Positions 38,751-51,457 of a stretch of 64,000 nt of DNA are shown here, piece after piece. The notes beneath the pieces are model-generated. The model was given only the letters and a program-made list of their open reading frames with translations, was not told the DNA's origin and made no database searches. The DNA comes from Ramazzottius varieornatus (lineage: Eukaryota > Animalia > Tardigrada). The stretch's first letter is position 1. Each line of letters opens with the position of its first letter. The stretch covers positions 1,925,663 to 1,989,662 of the forward strand of contig BDGG01000003.1 of NCBI GenBank assembly GCA_001949185.1, read 5' to 3'. Made by a program: the position numbers and the translations under genes.

Positions 38751-40828
38751 TCAGTTGACTGTGCATTCGTCTTCATGGACAGCGATGGATCTTTCGCGGA
38801 ATTTCTGCAGGAGCTTAGGGGAGCTGAACTTAATTGAGCCTTCCGTGCGAAGGCCCGCCGGCGCCGAGCGCATCCGGCTGAGTCCAGCGCGCACTCGTTT
38901 GACGACAGTGTTGGGGGGCAACCTCAGCTTGAGGCCCAATAATAACTCTGTATTAAGCAGAACGGAAGGTTAATGGATACAGTACATCCCCCGAAAGCCA
39001 CTGGTTCAGATCTCTTAGACCAATTTACCTCTGAAAGCTTCCTGTACTCCGTAATCATCTTTGGCGCTGGCTTGGATCAACCCGCAATTTTCCCAATCAC
39101 ATTTTACCTGGAAGCGAGATAAATTTAAACGTCACATGTGAACAAGCTAGTCATTTTGTCCAGGTTTCTGGACTAAACTACAAGATAGTCTTGCGAACAC
39201 AAAATTCTTAAAATATTTCATTTGGTACATGGGCAAATGATTTGAGCCAGATCGCCATGTCGCACGATTCTGTTATGATTGTCTGAAAGTATGCGTTACT
39301 TGGGAGAACGACCTGGTTCAAATCAACTGCCTACTTCCTGTTTGGAAATTATGGTAAACGAGGCTTACCAGGAAGTCGACATAGGGCAAGTCAACCTTGT
39401 GTTGAGCAATATCCAGGTCCATTTTGTTACAGACAACAACCATGGGTATCACGGGGACATTCTGTTCACTCTGCTTAATCCGCAGTATGTCCTGTCGCAA
39501 GGATTTTATGCACTCGAGGGATTCTTCGCAGTCAGGGGCGAAGATCAGAAGGAATCCGTCGGCTTGGCGTATCGCTACTTCCCTCATGGCCGGGAAGCTG
39601 CCGTAACCGGAGGTATCCAGTAATTCCACCGTGATGACCTGCGAACCGACTTGCACATCTAACCGATGCATTTCATCGTGGTTCTTAGGAAGATGCTCCG
39701 GGAACCTGTGAGGGAACAAATAATCTGTCTTAAGCTCGTCAGAACCGCGTCATTGTAACGGTTAGCCGTACGGGAATATGACAAATCAATTAGCCTGCTG
39801 TTTTGTTCAAGGGATCGAGAAAAGTCACAAGATGGTCCTTCGGGCTCTTCCTTTTTCTAGTCCATCAAACTAATTTTCATGAGGGATAAGTATGGCAGGT
39901 TAACTATCTAGCTCCACTTCCGCTTTTTACTTCAAGCATCATAACTTTGGAAGACAAAAAGGTACAACTTCATGGTAGCCCAATAAACAAACATATTTTT
40001 CGCCGGATTTCTCCTAAGCCGGATTAGACTCACTGTTTGGTGATAAACCGCGACAACACCGATGTTTTTCCAACATGACCTGAAAAACAAGATTAATTAT
40101 TCCCTAGGGTATCGGGATTTTACACAGGACGGTCATAAGCATAATAATTTTTGTTTTCGATCAGCCAGGAACCATGTATATACTTTTCGCCAGAAGTCAT
40201 AAACGCCCATTATGAAATAATGACAGAAAATTAGACACCGGGTGTCGTCTCAAGTGGCGCACGTTCTCATTGTTATCAGCATGGAGCGTGTGCCACCTAC
40301 GAAAACGACTTGGGTGGATTCGTTTGCCGGCTTCCCAAATAGTCCACAATCCGATAAGAATTTCTAGCCTCGAAGGAGCGATGACGTATCGAGTCTTCAA
40401 AGGTAGAAAAAATAATACAGCACCATACCTGCGCCCATCACGACGATCCTCCACACTTGCTTGTTGAAAGGACTCTGTGAAATCAAGGCTTCGCTCTTGG
40501 TTTCCTGAACGCGTTTCCACTGGGACGGTCGAGTGCGGACACAGTCGGCCATCTTGTCGGCGGCTCCAAGGTGTGAGTTCACGCGGACGGCATGGGGGTT
40601 CGAGCTGGGCATGGCAGCGTTAGGCGAATTAGAGAGGGCTGTTGCCGGGGTCAGAGATAAACGGCGGAAAACAGCAGCTGGGAAGGAGGAAGCGCGCATC
40701 AATTTCTTGGGAGACTCTTCACGCTTGTCGGCTTTGCTATCAGCCTTCAGTTCCTCCTTACCACTGTCACTTGACTCTTCGGGAAGCCCTACGGAACGCC
40801 AATGACGGAACTGCAACTTTATCGACAT
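38751..40828 (-). CDS. RASD/Di-Ras-like small GTPase with N-terminal extension
   Basis: G1 GAGHVGKT (split by an intron), G3 DTSGYGSFPAMR, G4 NKMD, G5 SAK, C-terminal CTVN. Confidence 0.9.
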
Positions 40829-43388
40829 TGATTACACTGATGAAATGATGAACGAGAGGGCGGTGTACCCGCTTAAATATATCACTCCCGATACCTGTGA
40901 TCAGATACGTGGTGAAGGAATTAAAAGCTCTAATTAGCCTGACTGTACGCAGAAACGTAAAGAAGGTTGGCCAGGCTGTATGGAGAAAAAAGGAAGAAAA
41001 AGCGGAGGTTGGAGAGGTGGAAGGTGAGTATCATGATGGCACCCCACGAATGCCCGGCCTCCTTTGTTTCTGCGGCACCATTCATGGAACGCCGTATTAT
41101 ACCTCTGCTCTTTCTTACTCCCATCGGGCCGCTGAGGTATACGTATCAGTGCGGTTATTCAAAGAGAATCGCGGTGCTGCAGTAATATCCCTGATGAATC
41201 CCGCATCTCTAGGGGATGAACGATCTGTGCAGGTGATCTGCTCGGTATTCGCATCAACTTGTTTCGCAAAATCCCCTTCATTAGCGTGATATTCCGTGCG
41301 GCTGATGACGAATCGGAAGCATGACGGAAATCTCGCACGAACATAACTGGAAGTGCAATTAATTTACAAATATCTTTAATTTGAATTTCTTAAGACTCAG
41401 TTTTTGAAGCCTTATCTTCAAGAAGGTCTAGTAATTTTGTTATTTCCGATCAAGTAGGCTCTTTTCATGGCTAAACTTTGTTCCCGATGGTCGCTGCCGA
41501 ATTTTCCTGTCAGGGAGGGCCAATTATGTTACATGAAGACAGTAGCGTTGTCTTCCGTTCGTTGCATGTACCCGCATTTGAAGGGAATCAGGCTGAAGAT
41601 CTCAAAGGAAGTCACCGAGTAGAAAGTAACAACTTCGAATTCCGTGCGTTGGTTTTCGGGAACAACAGCCCTTCCCCACATAGGTGCTATACACTCTTTT
41701 CGGAAGCACTGAGCAACACTAACCGACTTTCGCTACATGTACAGGACGCTTTGAGACCTGAGACTAATTAGTTCCCCGTACCCTCCTTTGCATGGGCACA
41801 TACATGTTTTCGAGCCGGCTAAATTTCCAGCTTCAGAGGCACCGATGTTAAAGTGTTTCTGTTACGGGATTTAGTCTCGCAAAAAGTGGATTTGTAATCA
41901 GTCGGAAGTAAAGTCAACGTCACCTGCACAGCCTCCTAATTAAGAAACACCGCTGGTTCGAACAAGTATTTCGTTTCAGAATCGTCGCTACGAGGACCCG
42001 AAAGATTTCCCAGCTCTTCAAAAATTGCAATAATTTTCACACCGTATTTTGGTGACGGAATTTGTAGCTGGCAAACAGTAGTTTCGGATATACGTTTGTA
42101 TGAAGTTTTCTGCTTACTATATGCGGCACTAATTTGTTAAAAGTGCTTTTCGCAGTTTTTGTCCGAAATTACTATGCAAATAGTGTATCAACACGCTCGA
42201 ATATACTGGAATGTACTTGTTTCTGACACTACGCTTTTTGTCTATCCTCCGCCAGTATTTGTCCGAGATTCGTGTCACACCGTCCAGATGTGAAATGTAG
42301 TGTTCGGGTAGAGGAACGACCAGTTTTCGGGTTGACTTATATTGTGCTGTACACTGGTTCTACAGTGAACGACGCATCTTCGGGATTTTCTGTAGCACCG
42401 GGAAGTGGTCAATCGCGTTTCTTCGCGATACCTTGTGGAGAGCCTAGAGTCTCGGCTATCTTGCGAAAGCACTGATCTCGTGATTGAGGAATGACATGGT
42501 CTAAATGGTCCCTCGTTAGTCGCCTTTGGGAGGCCGGCAAGCAATTTCGGGACGATGTAGTGGGCGCAGTTTCCTATGTTATTGGCCGCGAGCGTGCGCC
42601 ACTGAGATAACGATCAGCCCGAGAGTGTTTGCATGCGGTCTTAGAGCGCAAAATAATAGGTATTATTAATAATGTCCGGATGTTCTCGTTAATTTGTGCG
42701 CCGGTACCCAGAACACAGTGTCCCAGGGGCAGAGCTAGCATCTCCGTGAAATTATTGCAATGAACCTACATCATTCAACACGTATGTCTTCTCAAAATAA
42801 TTATTGTAAAGGTTCTCTGACGTCAGCCCCAGCTGCCTACCGTCGGATTTAATTTGGCTCCTTTTTTCCTATGTAATAAACTACGAAGGGGTTCTCCAAA
42901 AACATTAGAAATGCGGGATCCTGAATCTAGAGAAGCTTCGGGCAAAGAAACGTCGTAATTATACTGTGTACGCGCAGGACCTCCATCCTAGTTGGTAAGG
43001 TTCGTAAAGGTGACGCAACTCCAGGCCAACACTGATTTTCATTTTATGTCTATCAATACCATGAACTATGCGAAAGGTTGCGCATTGAACAAAGGACACG
43101 AACAAGGATAAAAGACCAGCTGGAAATAAATCAGACCGATAATCTGTCGAGTAGAGTTAGGAATACCCGTAAACCTCCTAGGTAAAACTCGAGCGGAATT
43201 ATTCAGTCTGCAAACTTTGAAGCATTCAAGGAGCGAATTGAAATTAGAGAAATCGAAATGGAGGGAACACTCTTAAAATAAACGGCATTTGAGAAGCCTC
43301 AAGAAAGTCTACAGCAGGACAATGAGCATTGACGCAACGAGGAACATCTCAAAACGCGAAACGTCGAACAGCACTTGAACTTCCAAGT

Positions 43389-44692
43389 TCAAACCATCTG
43401 GGCGTCGACGATTTCCCCGTCATCCATATCATAATTCTCTGGCTTCTTCCCTGGATTCAGTCTGTCGCCGTCGAATATGAAGACAACCTACAGAAGCGCA
43501 AAGAAGACTTGGAAGGTGAAATGGGACTGGGCGAATGGACTGAACTAGATCAGTTTCCTAAGTGGCGCACAAGTTCGGCTAGCAACCATGATAATGTCCA
43601 TCATTTGATACAACGATCTGGCGCAGTTCATTTGCTCAGGTCCAAAACTCCAAATAAGATAAGAAGAGCTTTTCGCAGCGTAAAATGGTACAATGAAGAT
43701 AATTTGAAAACATATCACAAACGTTTTCGAAGTTGATTCCGGCAGTCTGGCAATATTTCACCATGAAGTTCCTCAACGGCGCTCTTTTATCCGCTTCCAC
43801 CTTCGTCCTTCCCTTCGCCCCACCACCAGACTGGACATTGAAAGTTATCCGGTAAGCTTCAGGAATACTATTCTGTTGTTCCGCAGAGCCATCATCTCGG
43901 AAAGCAGACAGGAACACCCGCTCCTTCCCGATATCGTTCAGCGTATCCAGCGGATTTACCGTGTGCGAAGGATCTCGGTTACAAAATATCAAGACCCTCT
44001 CCGCCGTCGTCTCCATATGCTTGGCCATCTCCTCAAACACGTTACAGAACGGCTCGCTCAAGAACAAATTAAACTTATGTCTGTCATGTTTCCACAATAT
44101 CATTATTTGCTCTTTCAACACCTCTGCTTCGCCACCTGTTGATGGAGGCTCAACTACGGAGGGGAACTCATCCCCGAGACAGATTTCTTCCTCAGCGTCG
44201 TTCAGAGCTTGCAGCAGCTTCTCACGTTGTTTCTTCGAGGCTGATTCGACCCTGTTTCCGGCTGCTTTCTGGATCTTTTCAGCTTTACTTAGCCGTCCTT
44301 TCTTGACTGGAATGTCCACCGGAAGTAGCTTCTTCTTTGCTTTATGCTTCACTTCAATGCTTTCAACGTCGTCCTCGATGTCCTGCCGACTTCCACGGCT
44401 CCTGGATGAACTTGAACTTTCCTCGCAGACGATGTCTGGTTCAGCATCTTCGATCTCCACCCGGGCTAGATTAACGAAAAGTTGAAGGGCAGATTGCGTG
44501 AGTAGTGAGAAGGGAAAGTTACTTACGCGTGCCGTTTTTGGATTCGTTCACCCCGGTCTTCGCTTGCTCGGCTTTCACTTCGGCCACGGCTTTCGCAGAG
44601 GCTTGGGCAGCCAGGGACTTCATGCTGGTCTTCTCGACAATCTTCTTGATGGCATAGGGATTGTAGGTTTTGATGGCAGGCTTGGACGCCAT
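43389..44692 (-). CDS. NFATC2IP: NFATC2-interacting protein / Rad60-Esc2-NIP45 family (two SUMO-like domains)
   Basis: Acidic/basic disordered N-terminus; SLD1 (EPFCNVFEEMAK...VNPLDT); SLD2 (ITFNVQS...APLRNFMVKYC, intron, VVFIFDGDRLNPGKKPENYDMDDGEIVD). Confidence 0.85.
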
Positions 44693-44878
44693 GGTAGACG
44701 TAGACGGCAGATAAGCTGGCTTTATCGATGCCTCAAGGCTGGAAGTCGGGCAACGCTTAAACGCGAACGCCTAGCGGTGTCTAGAACATACCATTCTCAA
44801 TGAATGTTGACAGCGCAGGTACAGTAATGAGGCGACTGGATAAGCTGGAGAGAGGAGTCTTGAAAAACGAAGACCAAT

Positions 44879-45046
44879 ATAGAGATTGCGAGCCAAAGCG
44901 CACTAGCACAATTCGATACGCATAGGAACATCGCATAGGAACATTGTGCGACTCTCTTAACATAGAGCCTACGAGACGAACTTGTTCCTATGACGTCACG
45001 ATGTTCCTCTGCGTATCGAATTGTGCTAGTGCGCTTGCAATCTGTA
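44879..45046. mobile_element. About 170-bp MITE, copy B (inverted homologue of 33198-33375)
   Basis: Same arms and internal sequence in reverse orientation; contains TGACGTCA. Confidence 0.82.
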
Positions 45047-45539
45047 TGATAGAGAAGCATAGGAAAGCTTCGACTGCAATCCTGTGATTTGAACAAGACC
45101 CGTGAGGATGTCCAAATGTCTGTAATTTCGAAGAAGAGCAGTCACAAAACTGAAAAGTCAGACTGTCAGAGACTCAGACTCAGAGTCTTATAAAATGAGC
45201 GCTGCTTTGTTCAGTGTTTGGGCGCATGACGTAAAGTTTCCTCAGAACTCAGAAATCACTAAACCCGTTTTTCATATTCAACCTTGTGACTCTATACGGC
45301 GGACGATAGACACGACGGTTACGACATGAGTTGAAGTAAAGTACCAAGCACCGCCTCACTGGGATTTTGGCTGCGTGCCAAGTTTCAGTTGACGTTTGTT
45401 GTGGTTTTTCCACGCGTTCGACTTCAGCTGCTCCGGAAAACTCCTTCTCGTCGGGGCGATCCTACGCTGGGATAACCCGATCATTTTTGCTCAATCACAC
45501 GTTCTTGTTCTTGCAGATGCGAGGGGCACTTCAAGAGGT

Positions 45540-48047
45540 ATGGCCGGGGAGGATTCTGATTCCGATATCGAATGCGTCTATGTCTCCGAAAGCAACCCGC
45601 CAAAAGCCCGAAAGCAGTCTCCGCAGGACGAAGCCGTCACTATCCTCTCCGTTACGAACGATCCACCGCAGCTCAGAAGGATGGTATGTCGAAGAAGCCC
45701 TTCACTCGATGGTTCACCGCCGCCGAGAGAAGACTGGGAAGTTCTGTTCGGATCGGGCAGCAAATCTCCCACGCAGTCGTTCTTCCATGCCCACAGCAGC
45801 TCATCAGACGAGATAAACCCGGCAGATCAACCTATCCTCCTCGGCTCGGATGAATCCGATCTCGATATCATCTGCGTACAAGACAACAGCTTATCGGAGC
45901 GTCAAGAGAAGCCTTCTGCAATTACACAACCACTCTTTGAAGACAGGATAGATGAAACGCAACCATCAACAAGTAGAAGTGATGAGGAGAATATCCTTCA
46001 GACAGTCGATGTCAGTTTGCTTTCCATCCAAAGCCAGACTTCGCCCGGTAAAAGAAAGACCACTGAGGATGAAATCGAACCTACAATATCGAATAACGAT
46101 CGCCTAAATTACTCATTTGACAATAACTTTGCGTCGAATGATTTTCCAGATGACTTCGCGCAGTACAGCGACCACAACACGCCTTCGTCCTCGCAGAATG
46201 GTTTGGCGGATGTCAGCATGCACAGCGTTAGCCAAGATCGAGGAATCAGCAACGATGGGGATAATACGGCAGTCTCGAAGAAGAAAAAGGAATGCAGTAA
46301 GAAGTTGAGCGACGGCGAGGTCGATGCGAAGGAGGCAAAGCGGCTGGAAAAGGAGGCGAAAAAGGCTGAGAAGGAAAAAGAAGCCGAAAGAACAAAGAAG
46401 GAAAAGGAAGGAAAAGCGCAGGTTAGGAAAGAAGCAAAACACCAGAAAGAGGCGGAAAAGCTGAAGAAGCTGGCGCTGAAGGAAGCTTACAGACCGATGC
46501 AAGGAGGCAAGAAAAGTCTGGAGGTGAGAAAAACTTTGCACTTATTTTCCGTTGAGTGGCGTGTGACGTCGTTGGCGTATCTTGTACGCATTCAAGGTTT
46601 TCTCATGGCGTCATGCGCTGCACTGATAATTGGTTTGCCATTTCCGGTTACAGTGGTGATACGGTTTGATTTTTGTGTAGCACCTGAAAGCGCACATTCC
46701 CGTGCCGATTCTTGATGCCATCGGTCGCGACGTTCTGTCGGAAGTGCTGGAAGAAATCGGGACAAGCTTGAGGTATGAGGAGGTGGACACCGAAGGACCC
46801 GCGGCTAGCGTAGTACGGTGGACTCGATCGTACGTCACGGCAGAAGTCGAATCGGCAGACCAGGCTGTAAAGGTAAGGGAGTGCTACCCGGCTTTTACTA
46901 TCCGAATTTGTCGTCTGTTGAGATAGGACGATTGCTCTAGATGTTCACAAAAGAGCAACATGTGGAAGAGAAGGACGTCCTCATACAGATTCCGAAGAAG
47001 GAACTGGTCGCGATGGTCGACACGTACAAGCAGGTGAGTTCGGTGGTACTTCGCATTTCTTCATCGAGAATTATGGCAGATTTCGTACAATATGTTATCT
47101 ATGCCTATGTATTTCTGCGGGTGCAGCTTCAGTTGAACCACATTGTGCCTATCGAACGGGAAAGCTTCATTAGCTTCCAGAGAAAATGGAAGGACCGGTA
47201 TCCCGGAAATAAATTACATTTCTTCGTTTACGGCATCGAAAATTATTTCAAGTGAGTATGTGCACTCGAGCCAGTCTTATCGGATTCTGCACCTTATAAG
47301 TAATTTCAGTTTCGCTTGACGCGTTCCTTTGTCTTCTAGAAACCAGCTGTCGAATGCGGTGTATGGAAACAACCGTCCGGCTCGAGCGAAGCAGCCCAGG
47401 AAGTCCATTCTTGACATTCACTATCAAGTCACCTATGCTGATTTGGACGAGGTCCGTATTCGAGTCACAAATGAAACACTGTACACATTGAAGACTGAAG
47501 ACTGATTGAATGTCTCAGGCTATGATTGACTTTTCCTGTTGCACTGGAGGTACCATCGTGCAAGTTGAATCGCCGAAAGAATATGCGCGGCTGATCATCA
47601 GCATGCACAAGTCCATCGCTGAATCGGTGTCCAAGTAAGGGAAAGGTTACTCGAAGTAGTGTTGATGCATAAAGAATTTCTCTTCTCAGGGAGCTGAAAC
47701 AGCAGGAAACCGCTCTGTTCGATGCAATATCGGCCAACACGAAGACGAAAGGCGTTTTCGTATCGGAGGACGACGACAACGGCTACAGGGAACTGTGGGT
47801 CCGCCAGCTGGAGCAGTTTAGTTTGGTGTCGCGAGACGTGGCCATCACTATTGTCAACTTGTACCCGTCTCCTAGGCTCCTCGCTAAAGCCTATGATGAC
47901 TGCAGTACTGAGCTGCAGAAGGAGCAGCTTTTGGAAGATGTCATCATACGGCGAGGGACCGAGCGACGCATCGGGCCAAAAATGTCCAGGCTTTTGTATT
48001 TATCCATGTGTTCGGAGAATGGCGAAGAGCTTCTTGGCGACGCCTGA
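45540..48047 (+). CDS. EME1: Crossover junction endonuclease subunit EME1/MMS4
   Basis: Acidic disordered N-terminus, K/E-rich coiled coil, VVRWTR, FFVYGIENYF, SMHKSIAE, LWVRQLEQFSLVSRDVAITIVNLYPSPRLLAKAY and RRIGPKMSRLLY. Confidence 0.92.
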
Positions 48048-48526
48048 TTCCCAATATTCTTTTTTGATACACTCTCTGCACTTATGCTTTTTCAAGAAGT
48101 GTGTGAAGAGACTGTGGTCGGCTTCTTACGGCCGTGAGCATCGTTTCACTTAACAAAGTTTAAAGTTTTGTAGAGTGCCTTCCCACACAAACTTATGAAA
48201 TGACATTATTATGGCAGTATTTTAATTTTCAATTAATAAACTGGTCGAAACAGAATCAGCTTATTTGCAGTACTCACGTTTCTGAAGATTGTGGTGGAAC
48301 TCCTAAAACTCTGAGCGGAATTCCAAACTTCCACGTTCACAAACGCGTGACGTCCGCTCGAACGACGCCGCTGACTTCTGGTTGGAATTTCGTTTCGTTG
48401 ACTACTTAACCTTGATTATTTAACCTTCCGCGAATCTCCGTCGATTCCTTCCGTAGCTAGCCTTGATCTTCGGCGACGTTCCCTATCGGTCAGGAAGACA
48501 CCTGGACATTGGTGGCGCAGGCCACC

Positions 48527-50908
48527 ATGAGCGCAGAGGAGACCCGACACATCCCGATCGATATCCATCTCGGCCAGCTGTCTGGTAAGTCTTGCTTCGA
48601 CGACGCTTGGTTTTCTTCCTGAAACGGTGAGACCTGAAACATTTGCTGGTCAGCTGTGAATCGCAAATGATTTTCCTGTTGCAGACTGGCTGATTAGTCG
48701 CCGACACTGCGCCAAGGAGTGGCATGCCAGTCTTCTCAAGATACGGGAAAAGCTGGCCGCCAGCGTTTATCCAAAACTGCTGACAGATGAAGCCACCAAG
48801 AGCGATCTGGAGAAAGCTGGTCTACCTCTCGTCTCATCAGGTAACATCGCGGTGTCAAAGAGCATCTATTCCTCTTCTCCGTGTACAATTCTGGCTTGAG
48901 AAAGATGGGAGAACGGAAGTCGAGAGAAGCTTGTCGAAACTCACTTGTTGCTGTGTATTGTTTTCAGAGCTGAATTATCTCACCTGCAAGCAACTTTTGG
49001 ATCTTCTAAGCGGGAAAGAAGCTTACAACTCCAAGAACATGATTGGGCAATATCAAAATCCAGTCACGAAAGATTTGAACGACGTGGTGAAGCAGTACGA
49101 AAAAGAGAACATCCATCTGGGTAAGCAGAAATTTCTGTTTGTCTTATGACGTCACCTGAAACGGTAAAGCTTTATTGGAGGTCTGCCTCGTGGCCCAAAT
49201 GAACCGTGACGTCATGCGCGAGTCTCGACGGACAACTGGGGAAGCACGCGTGTTTCGCCTTTGACACGTTTATTTTGTTTTGCAGCTGAACTTGCGCAGA
49301 TGCTGTATCGCAAAATCACCTACGACGTTCCTTTTATCAAGAAAGAAATGACAAAGTTGGACCAGAGCTCGGCCGAATACTCCAGAAAAACCACAGAGTG
49401 TCTGAAGAGCGGTGGGGACTTCCGGGAACAATACCGTCAAGAATGCGGAACTCTAGGCATCCAGGTATGACCAGTTTAGGTCCCGCTGTTATCTGCTCGA
49501 TATGCCACCGCACGATAATATAGAATAGAATGGTCTATTGTTTTCAGGGAGAGAACGTACGCGAAGAACTACTGGAAGGCGCCAAAGTCCTTCCAGCTCT
49601 GTACGAGAACATCGCCCGACGGTCAGCCATTCTTGAGTACGTCTGCAAATATGTGGAAGAGTTCGCAGACGTCGTCCACAAAGGGTAAGCCTCCGTTCGC
49701 TTTCTTCAGGTTGTGACTTGTGACGATAGGCATCATCTTTACCGTTTCAGCGGTTGGGTGGAAGATCAGACCGGTCCGAAGATGTTTCCGCTCTTGCGCC
49801 ACCTGATAAAGTACGGCAATCAGCCGTATCCTCCCGAAGATGAATGTACCGTTTTGGATAGCGCAGCCAACGCGGCGGTGATGGACACGGCTCCTCATAC
49901 AGGTGTGGACGTTGAGGATAACGAAGGGTCCAGCCAGGGCTCCATGGAAGTCAACTTGAACGCCACAGTGGCCGACCATCTCAGCGAACTGAACAACTCA
50001 GTGAATAACGGAAGTATCGACTTCGACCTGACTGAAACGGAAGACCAGCCTGGGGAGGACATCAACTGGGATATCGACACTGGCGGATTGGTCATTGTCG
50101 CTGAAGGCGGTGGAGGTATATTTTTCGAAGAATGCGTGGTGAATGGAAGCTTGCCAAACGAGATCTTTTCTCATGTGGCGCACGCCTGTAGCAAATAACA
50201 ACGACCACGTGCGCCACTGAAAGCATTTCGGAAATTGATCTTGTTGTGTTTGTACGTCGAGCTTTGAATTATGGAATCATTGAGAGAACACACTGATCTC
50301 GAAACGTTGAGTTGTTTTGGCTCGTAGATTCGGAAAAGAAGAATTTGCTGGAGAACCCTGAGTTGCGGACGCAGACGGTGAATGAGCTGCACGAGATGCT
50401 GGCGTTTCTGCAGCGTCGACTCGATGAACAGTCCACCGAACACATGGCTTCCGACTTGCTGAATATCCAGACGGGAGATTCTCGTTTGGCAGTTGATGGT
50501 AAGAAGGTAGAGCAAATGATCCACGATGTCAAGGAAGTGCTGGGCTTGTTCGAAGACCATCGGCTGCAATCACTGTGCAAGCTTCAAGATTCGAACACGT
50601 AAGACACTTATCTGTCTCTGTAGTTCTCGGGATCGTTAAATTCATCTGTCTGAAGGTTCCTGGAAAGGCTGACGAAGCAGCTGGAGCAGAAGCTGGTCTT
50701 TTGTGACCGGATGGAGCATCGCGCGGAGGACTTCCGCATCCGGCGGAACGAGGCGATGGAGGAAAGACAGAAACTTGGACCAGAGTTGGTAAAGCTTATC
50801 AACTCGGCGAAAGAAATCCAAGGTTTTATCGAGCAAGATATCTCGAAAAAGTACAACGATCGACGGGTGACTATTCTTGGCGGCGCTCAGTCGGTCAGTG
50901 CAAATTAG
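48527..50908 (+). CDS. CDK5RAP3: CDK5 regulatory subunit-associated protein 3 (C53)
   Basis: GCCACCATG start; IPIDIHLGQLSDWLISRRHC, KNMIGQY, YEKENIHLAELAQML, IDFD/INWD motifs, NELHEMLAFLQRR, IEQDISKKYNDRRVTILGG. Confidence 0.95.
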
Positions 50909-51457
50909 TTGAGAGATGAAGAGTTAGGTTTGGTTTCACAGTTGGCATTCCATGGAAGCGCCGTGTCTTTTTTACCGATTACCTTTTTTAAAATTGGAAA
51001 CGATGCAGTATGTCTCAAACACAGCCGACACGACGCCTGTAGAAGTCTGCCAGTATGGCGTCGCTTTTTTAGTTCCACCTGGCTAGTACTCTGCCTGATA
51101 AGAAGCGGATGTGTGATTGGGTTATGCTAATTTGAAATGAGTAATCACAGCAATTATGTTTTCAAGGTGACAAAATGCTCCCAGCTGTTGTAAGAAGCAT
51201 GATCGAGGCTTGGAAAGTCACTGGGAAAAGTTACGTTGCTGGTGTCTCACGGTTACTTATCGATGATCTATCGTTGATGGTTAAGCTTACAAGAATGTCG
51301 CCATCGTTAGCACGTCGTTTTCCACAGCGTTTTATCCGTTGGAAATGGAGAACGTAAAGCAAGCAAACTGCATTCTTCAGTTGAAGAGATTCTCTTCTTT
51401 CCGGCGCATCCCCACTTAGATCTAAGTGCATCTTGCTGGTCCAGGGGAACTTCCGTC

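Noticed and set aside
43961-44485. Long antisense ORFs (also 46113-46541, 28943-29515, 31603-32022)
   Set aside because: They are shadow frames opposite well-supported genes.
45396-45539. ORF-track N-terminal extension of EME1
   Set aside because: It begins at TTG and contains a pyrimidine tract ending in CAG. It is likely 5' UTR or intron, and the ATG at 45540 is preferred.
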